A DNA stretch of 16,304 nt from Candidatus Methylomirabilia bacterium (GTDB taxonomy: Bacteria > Methylomirabilota > Methylomirabilia > Rokubacteriales > CSP1-6). Each line of letters opens with the position of its first letter. The first letter of the stretch is position 1. Of this stretch, positions 7,652 through 14,466 are shown piece after piece. The stretch spans positions 1 through 16,304 of the forward strand of contig JBGQEL010000092.1 of the NCBI GenBank assembly GCA_041496385.1, written 5' to 3'. The position numbers were made by a program, and so were the translations under genes. The notes below the pieces were generated by a model. It saw only the letters and a list, made by a program, of their open reading frames with translations. It ran no database searches and had not been told where the DNA came from.

Positions 7652-7703
7652 ATTATAGCCCCTTCCGAGGCGCTAGGTGCCACCGGGGGCGGTGCGCTAT
7701 ACT
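7652..7703. promoter_or_regulatory. Divergent promoter region
   Basis: Consensus TATAAT on the minus strand (7657-7652) toward the FAH operon; TATACT on the plus strand (7698-7703) toward ORF 7749. The -35 boxes are weak. Confidence 0.5.
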
Positions 7704-7748
7704 TTTTTTCCCCGAGGAGTGACGCGGGGCAAAGCCAGGAGGCACCTG

Positions 7749-8126
7749 ATGAAGCTGCTTGCCCGATCCCTCGCGCTCGTGGTCGTGGTTTCGTTCCTGC
7801 TCGGAGGGCCGCTCGCGCCCTTGGCGGCCGCACAGCAGCAGCCCCCGATGATGCAGGACCAGATGAAGACGGGCCAGCCCGACGACACGAACGCGTACGA
7901 CGTCGGCGCGGGCATCGCGAACATCGCCTACGTGCCGGGCAAGGCCCTCGTCTGCGGTGCCGGGGTCCTGGTCGGCGGCGTCCTGATGCTACTCACCCTC
8001 GGCAGCGCCTACAAAGCTGCGGCGGCGACCGGCGAGGACGGCTGCGGTGGCAAATGGGTCCTGCGGGGCGACGACCTCCGCCCGTCGAGGATGATCGAGG
8101 ACCAGGAGCGGCCCAGCCAATACTAG
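7749..8126 (+). CDS. Hypothetical exported/membrane protein (125 aa)
   Basis: AGGAGG RBS at 7737-7742; signal peptide MKLLARSLALVVVVSFLLGGPLAPLAAA; second hydrophobic Gly-rich segment flanked by two Cys. Confidence 0.8.
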   Translation: MKLLARSLALVVVVSFLLGGPLAPLAAAQQQPPMMQDQMKTGQPDDTNAYDVGAGIANIAYVPGKALVCGAGVLVGGVLMLLTLGSAYKAAAATGEDGCGGKWVLRGDDLRPSRMIEDQERPSQY

Positions 8127-8144
8127 ATCCGTCCGACTGAACGC

Positions 8145-8495
8145 GTGGTGCCGCGCGCGGGCGAGCCCCACCTGACGCGCGCGCCACGCTGGGTCGTCGG
8201 CGTCCTGTTCTCCGTGCTGCTGGCGGCGTTCGCCGCCGGCATCTGGGGCACGATCCTCCGTCCGGCCGCCTACGAGGTCCGCGGCACCCTGGCCGCGCGC
8301 CCGGCCTCCAACCTGATCCTCGTCAACCACGACCCGGTGGAAGGGCTCGGCATGGGCTCGATGGAGCTCATGGCGATCTTCGGCGAGCCAGCCCTGCTCG
8401 ACGCGGCCGACGTGAAGCCCGGCGACCGCGTGCGTCTCGCCGTCCGCCGCGAGGCGGATCGGCTCGTCCTGCTGCGAATCGAGAAGATCGGCTAG
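8145..8495 (+). CDS. CusF-like copper-binding OB-fold protein, membrane-anchored
   Basis: N-terminal TM segment; YEVRG..ILVNHDPVEGLGMGSMELM..DVKPGDRVRLAV..LLRIEK matches the CusF pattern (H...W/M..M.M, vkvGDkV.F). Confidence 0.7.
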   Translation: MVPRAGEPHLTRAPRWVVGVLFSVLLAAFAAGIWGTILRPAAYEVRGTLAARPASNLILVNHDPVEGLGMGSMELMAIFGEPALLDAADVKPGDRVRLAVRREADRLVLLRIEKIG

Positions 8496-8881
8496 CGCTT
8501 GCGGGCGAGGCCGCGCACGTACGCCACCAGCTCCCGGATGTCGTCGTCCGTGAGCGCGGCGCCGAACGCCGGCATCCCCGGGCGACCGATGGGCGCCCCG
8601 CCGTGCTTGATCAGGTCGAAGAGATACTGATCGCTTTCGCGCCCGGTCCGGTCGGGGTCCGCGAGGTCGCCGGGCCGGACCAGAAAGAGGGTCGCCCGCC
8701 AGGAGCCGTGACCGTCGGCGCCGTGGCACCCGGCGCAGAGCGCGACGAAGACCCGCTCGGGCCGCGGAGCGCCCGGGCGAGGCCCGGGCGTGTCCAGGAC
8801 CCAGGCGAGTCCCCCGGCAAGGAAGCCGAGAAAGGCGACGGCCAGGGCCAGAACGACCAGGGGACGGAGGGGGCGGCGCAT
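8492..8881 (-). CDS. Monoheme class I cytochrome c, membrane-anchored
   Basis: N-terminal TM segment, CAGCHG heme motif, distal Met in PGMPAFG, C-terminal LTDDDIRELVAYVR. Start MRRPLRP at 8881. Confidence 0.92.
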   Translation of the reverse strand: MRRPLRPLVVLALAVAFLGFLAGGLAWVLDTPGPRPGAPRPERVFVALCAGCHGADGHGSWRATLFLVRPGDLADPDRTGRESDQYLFDLIKHGGAPIGRPGMPAFGAALTDDDIRELVAYVRGLARKR

Positions 8882-8888
8882 GGCGGCG

Positions 8889-8897
8889 AGAATAGCA
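8889..8897 (-). promoter_or_regulatory. Extended -10 promoter for the cytochrome c gene (likely leaderless)
   Basis: TG-C-TATTCT ends 7 nt before ATG 8881; no SD. Confidence 0.5.
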
Positions 8898-8906
8898 CCA
8901 GGGCGG

Positions 8907-8977
8907 GCCCGAGCTGTCTTGACAGGAAATCGGGCTTGACAAGTCGGCATGTAAATGGGTAAAGAGGTTAACCTTTT
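8907..8977 (+). promoter_or_regulatory. Promoter/operator region of the ABC transporter operon
   Basis: CTTGACA twice (8918-8924, 8935-8941), palindrome CTGTC-TT-GACAG (8914-8925), perfect palindrome AGGTTAACCT (8965-8974); AT-rich relative to the flanks. Confidence 0.55.
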
Positions 8978-9018
8978 CTGTTGAACTCGATCCGACCATG
9001 ACCAGCAAGGAGGCGTTC

Positions 9019-10350
9019 ATGAGTGACTCCCGGGTTACCGAAACTTTCCGCCAGAGCCTGAGCCGCCGGAGCTTCATCAAGATTGGCAGCGCCGGAGTCG
9101 CGGGAGGCTCGCTGCTGACGATGCTGGACGCCCGCCAGGCGCCCGCCCAGATCAAGGGCACCAGTCTGAGGATGCTGAAGTGGAGCCATTTCGTGCCGGC
9201 CTACGACACGTGGTTCGACGACTTCGCCAAGAAGTGGGGTGAGAAGAACGGGGTCAAGGTGCGCGTGGACCATATCCCGCACCTCGAGCTGCCGGCGCGC
9301 TACGCGGCCGAGTTCGCCGCCGGCGCCGGGCACGACCTGATCTACTACGTCGGCCAGATCCTCACGGGCCAGTACTACAAGAACCTGGTGGACCTGTCGG
9401 ACATCGCCAACACGCTCGGCAAGAAAAACGGCGGCTGGATGGAGAGTTCGAAGAGCGCCGCGCAGGTCGCGGGCGTCTGGTACGCCGTGCCTGACTTCTT
9501 CATCTCGATCCCGGTGCTCTGGCGCAAGGACCTGTTCGAATCCGTCGGCCGGCCGGCGCCCAAAACGTGGGACGACCTCCGGACCGCGGCGCGCCTGCTG
9601 AAAGCCAAGGGCCACCCGACCGGGATGCAGTTCTCGCACTGCAACGACGCCAACCACAACTGGCGCGCCCTCATGTACTCCTTCGGCGTGAAGGAGACCG
9701 ACCCCTCCGGCCAGAACGTCACGCTCGACTCCAAGGAGATGCGCGAGGCGCTCCGCTTCGGCAAGGCCCTCTACGAGGAGGGCATGACCCCCGAGGTCTT
9801 CTCCTGGGACGACGCTTCCGACAACCGCTTCCTCGCCTCGGGCGTGGGCTCCTGGATCCACGACGCGATCTCGGCGTTCCTCACGACCAAGGACACGAAC
9901 CCCAAGGTGTTCGAGCAGACCTTCGTGCTCGACGAGGCGGCCGGCCCGGGCGGGAAGTGGAACGTGGGCGAGCCCAACGTGTGGGCCGTCTGGAAGTTCT
10001 CGAAGAACGTGCCCGCGGCCAAGGAGTTCATCATGGCGATCTCCGAGAATCAGAAGGAGGCCATGACGGCGAGCCGCGGCTACAACATGCCGTTCCTGCG
10101 CGACCAGTACAAGAAGCCGATGCCGATGCTCGGCAACGACCCGAAGCTGTCGGTGCTCCAGGAGCAGGACAAGATCACGGCCTTCTTCGGCTACCCGGGG
10201 CCGATGTCGCCCGCGGCCCAGGAGGTCCTGACCACGTTCATCGTTCCCGACATGTTCACGCGAGTGGCGCGCGGTGCCGACATCGAAGAGACCATGAAGT
10301 GGGGTGTCGGCGAGGTCCGGCGCATCCACGGGAAGCACAAAGCCTCCTAG
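9019..10350 (+). CDS. Carbohydrate (CUT1) ABC transporter substrate-binding protein, Tat-exported
   Basis: AAGGAGG RBS; twin-arginine SRRSFIK signal; SBP family 1 features (GHDL, WYAVP, WRKDLFE..G.PAPKTWDDL). Confidence 0.92.
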   Translation: MSDSRVTETFRQSLSRRSFIKIGSAGVAGGSLLTMLDARQAPAQIKGTSLRMLKWSHFVPAYDTWFDDFAKKWGEKNGVKVRVDHIPHLELPARYAAEFAAGAGHDLIYYVGQILTGQYYKNLVDLSDIANTLGKKNGGWMESSKSAAQVAGVWYAVPDFFISIPVLWRKDLFESVGRPAPKTWDDLRTAARLLKAKGHPTGMQFSHCNDANHNWRALMYSFGVKETDPSGQNVTLDSKEMREALRFGKALYEEGMTPEVFSWDDASDNRFLASGVGSWIHDAISAFLTTKDTNPKVFEQTFVLDEAAGPGGKWNVGEPNVWAVWKFSKNVPAAKEFIMAISENQKEAMTASRGYNMPFLRDQYKKPMPMLGNDPKLSVLQEQDKITAFFGYPGPMSPAAQEVLTTFIVPDMFTRVARGADIEETMKWGVGEVRRIHGKHKAS

Positions 10351-10354
10351 ACGC

Positions 10355-11338
10355 ATGTCGGAGTTGCCCGCGGCCGGGAGTCCGCGGCCTCATGCCTCGC
10401 TCTCGGTAGCGGTCGGCGGACGGGTGGGGGTGACGTCCTGGTGGCGCACCCCCACCGCGCGCCGCTATCTGTTCGGCTACACGCTGATGACGCCGGCCGT
10501 CCTCTACGTGGGGCTGCTGGTCGGCGTGCCGTTCCTGTTCTCGCTCTATCTCTCGCTGTCGGACGCCTCGGTCGGCGATCCCGTCGCGCGGTTCGTCGGG
10601 CTCGAGAACTTCAAGGCCGCGCTCGAGAACGCCGGCTTCTACGCGGCCCTGCGCAACACGCTGGTCTTCACCATCGGCGCCGGCCTCATGAAGGGCCTGC
10701 TCGGCACGACGCTCGCCTTCCTGCTCATCCAGCCGTTCAAGGGCCGGCGCGTCGTCCGCGCGCTCATCGTCATTCCGTTCACGATGCCGATCGCGGTCGC
10801 CGTGCTCGGCTGGAAGTGGATGTTCGACTCCCAGTTCAGCGTCATCAACTGGGCGCTGAGCCGGCTGCACCTCATCGGCGGCTACGGCTCGCCCGACTGG
10901 CCCGTATGGCTCGGCCAGCCCGGCCTGGCGCTCTTCGCGGTGATGTTCGTCAACGTCTGGCGCGGCTTCCCGTTCAGCGCGATCGTGCTGCTGGCGGGCA
11001 TGACCTCGGTGGCGCCGGAGATCCTCGAGGCCGCGAAGGTGGACGGCGCGAGCTTCCTGCAGCGGTTCCGCAAGATCATCGTGCCGATGATCGCGCCCAT
11101 CCTCTTCATCGGCACCGCCTTCGACACGGTGTTCACGCTCTCCGACCTGTCGATTGTCTACCTCCTGACCAACGGCGGCCCGGACGGCGCCACGGAGATC
11201 CTGCCGACGCTCGCCTACAACACCGGCATCCGGGCGGGCGCCCTCGGTCGGGGCGCGGCGATTTCGCTGTTCCTGTTCCCGCTGCTGCTGCCGGCCATGG
11301 TCATCCTGCTGCGCACGCTCCGCCGGAGACAGTACTGA
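10355..11338 (+). CDS. Carbohydrate ABC transporter permease (MalF/UgpA-like)
   Basis: FVGLENF, multiple TM segments, EAA loop EAAKVDGASFLQRFRKI, TNGGP. Confidence 0.93.
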   Translation: MSELPAAGSPRPHASLSVAVGGRVGVTSWWRTPTARRYLFGYTLMTPAVLYVGLLVGVPFLFSLYLSLSDASVGDPVARFVGLENFKAALENAGFYAALRNTLVFTIGAGLMKGLLGTTLAFLLIQPFKGRRVVRALIVIPFTMPIAVAVLGWKWMFDSQFSVINWALSRLHLIGGYGSPDWPVWLGQPGLALFAVMFVNVWRGFPFSAIVLLAGMTSVAPEILEAAKVDGASFLQRFRKIIVPMIAPILFIGTAFDTVFTLSDLSIVYLLTNGGPDGATEILPTLAYNTGIRAGALGRGAAISLFLFPLLLPAMVILLRTLRRRQY

Positions 11339-12222
11339 TGGCGACGGTCGTCCCGGCGCCGACCTACGGGACGGCCCGCAGCCGGCGCTCCAAGGAAACG
11401 CGGCGCCATGCGCTCATCTACCTCGGGCTCGTCCCGTTCCTCGTCCTCGCCGTGTTCCCGATCTTCTGGATGCTGATCACCGCGCTCAAGCAGGAGCCCG
11501 ACCTCTACCGGATGGACGCCGTGCCCTTCTGGTTCCACCTGCCGCCGACGTGGAAGAACTTCGATTTTCTCTTCCACCGGACGTCGTACGGGGACTGGAT
11601 CATCAACACCATGTCCATCTCGTTCTGGGTCTCGGCGATCACGCTGCTCACGGCCGTGCCCGCGGGCTACGCGCTCGCGCGCCTGCGTCTGCCCTTCGCC
11701 GAGAACCTCGGCATCGCGATCTTCATGACGTACCTGGTGCCCGCGATCATCCTGTTCATCCCGCTGGCGCGCGTGGTCTCCGTGCTCGACCTCCAGGACA
11801 GCTGGTGGTCGCTCGTCGCGGTCTACCCGACGTTCACCATCCCGTTCTGCACCTGGCTCCTGATGGGATTCTTCAAGACCGTGCCGTTCGAGATCGAAGA
11901 GGCCGCGATGCTCGACGGCTGTGGCCAGCTCGGCGCGCTCCTGCGGGTGGTGCTGCCGGTGAGCTGGCCGGGAGTCATCACGTCCATCATCTTCTCGTTC
12001 ACGCTCTCGATGCAGGACTTCCTCTACTCGCTCGCGTTCGTCTCGATCTCGGAGGAGAAGCCGGTGCCGCTCGGCGTGGCGACGGAGCTGATCCGCGGCG
12101 ACGTGTACTTCTGGGGCTCGCTCATGGCCGGCGCCCTGCTGGTCGGCGTCCCCGTGGCGATCGTCTACAACCTGTTCCTCGACAAGTTCATCTCGGGCAT
12201 CACTGGAGCGGCGATCAAGTAA
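11338..12222 (+). CDS. Carbohydrate ABC transporter permease (MalG/UgpE-like)
   Basis: Starts MATVVPAP (TGATG coupling); AGYALARL, EAA loop EIEEAAMLDGC, C-terminal GITGAAIK. Confidence 0.93.
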   Translation: MATVVPAPTYGTARSRRSKETRRHALIYLGLVPFLVLAVFPIFWMLITALKQEPDLYRMDAVPFWFHLPPTWKNFDFLFHRTSYGDWIINTMSISFWVSAITLLTAVPAGYALARLRLPFAENLGIAIFMTYLVPAIILFIPLARVVSVLDLQDSWWSLVAVYPTFTIPFCTWLLMGFFKTVPFEIEEAAMLDGCGQLGALLRVVLPVSWPGVITSIIFSFTLSMQDFLYSLAFVSISEEKPVPLGVATELIRGDVYFWGSLMAGALLVGVPVAIVYNLFLDKFISGITGAAIK

Positions 12223-12256
12223 GCGGAATGCCACAGGCATTCGGGGGGACTCATCG

Positions 12257-12745
12257 ATGAGACTCAAGGGTATCGTCGCAGTCGTCGTCGGGCTGTTCAT
12301 CGTCGCCGGCGGCGCGCAGGCGCAGTACAGCGGCCCGGGCATCGCGCCCGCGCAGGCGCAGGGCGCCAAGCCGCCGGAGCCGAAGGGCGTCACGAGCCGG
12401 GGCCTCGTCGGCTCCACGGGCGCGATCGCCGCGGTCGGTCTGAGCGTGCCCGCCGCGCTGAGCGGGCAGATCATCGAGCTCGCGGCGGGCAGGCAGACGG
12501 GGCAGCAGCGCAACCTCGTCCCGTCGTTTCTCTACGTGCTCGAGGGCACCATCGTGATCGACACCCAGGGCGGGCCGATCAGCGTGTCCGGGGTGCAGTA
12601 CCACGGCGAGGGCCAGGCGTACGCGGGGCCGGCGGGGCTCTGGTACAACGTGACCAACACGAGCCCGAAGCCCGCACGCTTCCTCCTCCTCTTCGTCGCC
12701 GCTCCGGGCGCGAAGACGTGGGAGCCGTTCACTCCCGACGACTAG
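12257..12745 (+). CDS. Exported cupin-fold protein lacking the canonical metal-binding His residues
   Basis: Signal peptide ending AQA; cupin pattern IELAAG.QTGQQRNLVPSFLYVLEGTI...GQAY..PAGLWYNVTNTSPKPARFLLLF. Confidence 0.75.
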   Translation: MRLKGIVAVVVGLFIVAGGAQAQYSGPGIAPAQAQGAKPPEPKGVTSRGLVGSTGAIAAVGLSVPAALSGQIIELAAGRQTGQQRNLVPSFLYVLEGTIVIDTQGGPISVSGVQYHGEGQAYAGPAGLWYNVTNTSPKPARFLLLFVAAPGAKTWEPFTPDD

Positions 12746-12746
12746 C

Positions 12747-13748
12747 ATGCGTCGGCGGGTTCCCGTCGCGCTCGTCGCGATCCTGGCGCTCGCCTGGGGC
12801 GCCCCGACGGCGCCGCCGCGCGCCCAGGGTGTCGTGGAGGTGGTGGCGACCGGTGTGTCCAGGCCCCTCCAGCTCGTCTGGGACGGGCGATTTCTCGTGG
12901 TGCTGAGCCCGAGCGCGCGCGGCGACTCGGCGGGCGAGATTCACCGTGTTCCGGTTGACGCGGACGCGCCCACCGACCTCTCACGTCAGGCTCGGGTGCG
13001 GATTCCGTTCGCCGACCGCGCGGCGGCGACGCTCGGCAGCCTGGCCCTCGACCCGGCATCGGGCGATCTCTTCCTGGGCGAGGAGAACGGCACCCGTATC
13101 TGGCGGCTCACAACCGACGAGCGGCTCACCCTCTACGCCACGGGCCTGCGGCGGCTGGCCGGCGGCAGCACGCTGGTGTTCGATCGGGTCGGGCGCCTGG
13201 TGGTCGTGGACTACGCCGACCCGTATCTCTCGTCGCCCGACGATCGGCCGCCCCCCGGCCTCGATCAGCTCCGGGAGGAGGACTACCGCGGGCCGCTCGT
13301 CTTCCGCCTCACCCTGGACCCGACGCTCCCGCTGCCACGACGGGTGGGAAAGCTGTCCCCGCTGTTCCCGCGTGCCTGGGGCGGGCGGGCCGGCGGCGGC
13401 ATGCTCCCGCACCTGATCTCCGTGGCGCCGCTCCCGCACGACGAGATGCTCTTGCTGGCGTCGAACGGCGAGCTCTACCGGCTCTCGAGCGACGGCGGCT
13501 TCGGCCTCTTCGCGCGCCTGCCCCGCGGGCAGTACAACCGCATCAACATGGTGGTCGCGCCCGACGGGGCGATCTTCGTGAGCGGCGGCTTCCACGTGGG
13601 GCGCGTGTTCCGCGTCGCGCCCGACGGCGGCGTCTCGGTGGTCGCCAGCGGCCTCGCCGACCCGGCGGGCATCGCGCTCGACGGCCGCGGCGCCCTCTAC
13701 GTCGCCGAGTCTGCGCTCCACCGCATCGTGCGCGTCCGCGCGCAGTGA
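12747..13748 (+). CDS. Exported beta-propeller protein (NHL / SMP-30-gluconolactonase-like repeats)
   Basis: Signal peptide; repeated blades LALDPASGDLFLGE, LVFDRVGRLVVVD, VVAPDGAIFVS, GLADPAGIALDGRGALYVAE. Confidence 0.8.
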   Translation: MRRRVPVALVAILALAWGAPTAPPRAQGVVEVVATGVSRPLQLVWDGRFLVVLSPSARGDSAGEIHRVPVDADAPTDLSRQARVRIPFADRAAATLGSLALDPASGDLFLGEENGTRIWRLTTDERLTLYATGLRRLAGGSTLVFDRVGRLVVVDYADPYLSSPDDRPPPGLDQLREEDYRGPLVFRLTLDPTLPLPRRVGKLSPLFPRAWGGRAGGGMLPHLISVAPLPHDEMLLLASNGELYRLSSDGGFGLFARLPRGQYNRINMVVAPDGAIFVSGGFHVGRVFRVAPDGGVSVVASGLADPAGIALDGRGALYVAESALHRIVRVRAQ

Positions 13749-13773
13749 GGCCGCGCGCCGCCGCGACCCGCCG

Positions 13774-14466
13774 TCACTCGCTCAACAGCCGGTAGCCGAC
13801 GCCGGGCTCGGTCAGCAGGTAGCGGGGCTGGGCGGGGTCCTTCTCCAGCTTGCGCCGCAGGTGCGCCATGTAGACGCGGAGGTAGTGGGACTGGCTCTCC
13901 GCGTTCGGCCCCCAGACCTCGCGCAGAAGCTGCCGATGGGTGACGACCTTGCCGGCGTAGCGGATGAGCGTGGCCAGGAGCCGGTACTCGATCGGCGTCA
14001 AGTGCACCTCGGCGTCCTGGATCAGGACGCGGCGGCGGCCGAGATCCACGTGGAGGTCGCCGACCGTCATCGTCGACTCGACCGATTCCTGGTCCACGCG
14101 CGAGCGGTGGCGCAGGGCGACGCGCATCCGGGCGAGCAGCTCGCCGACCCCGAAGGGCTTGCTCAGGTAGTCGTCGGCGCCGGCGTCCAGCGCCGCGACC
14201 TTGTCAGGCTCCTGACCGCGCGCCGAGAGGACGATGATCGGGACCGCGCTCCACTCCCGGAGCCTCCGGATGACTTGCAGTCCGTCGATATCCGGCAGCC
14301 CGAGGTCCACGATGACGACGTCCGGCTGCCGGCTCGCGGCCTCGATGAGGCCGTCCTCGCCCGTGCCGGCCTCGAAGACGCGGTAGCCCTGCCCGCCGAG
14401 CGCCGCGCGCAGGAACTTGCGGATTTGCGGCTCGTCCTCGATGACGACGACGGCGGGCTCAGCCAT
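13774..14466 (-). CDS. kdpE: KdpE response regulator (OmpR family)
   Basis: IEDEPQIRKFL, DLGLPDIDG, KVAALDAGADDYLSKPFG, HLTPIEYRLL, VWGP..HYLRVYMAHLRRKLE.DPAQP.YLLTEPGVGYR. Confidence 0.96.
   Translation of the reverse strand: MAEPAVVVIEDEPQIRKFLRAALGGQGYRVFEAGTGEDGLIEAASRQPDVVIVDLGLPDIDGLQVIRRLREWSAVPIIVLSARGQEPDKVAALDAGADDYLSKPFGVGELLARMRVALRHRSRVDQESVESTMTVGDLHVDLGRRRVLIQDAEVHLTPIEYRLLATLIRYAGKVVTHRQLLREVWGPNAESQSHYLRVYMAHLRRKLEKDPAQPRYLLTEPGVGYRLLSE

Noticed and set aside
7667..7682. TGGCAC on the minus strand as a sigma54 -24 box
   Set aside because: No TTGC -12 element at the required spacing.
10441..12222. 593-aa ORF as a fused permease
   Set aside because: The first 299 codons are an off-frame read of the upstream permease; the real start is ATG 11338.
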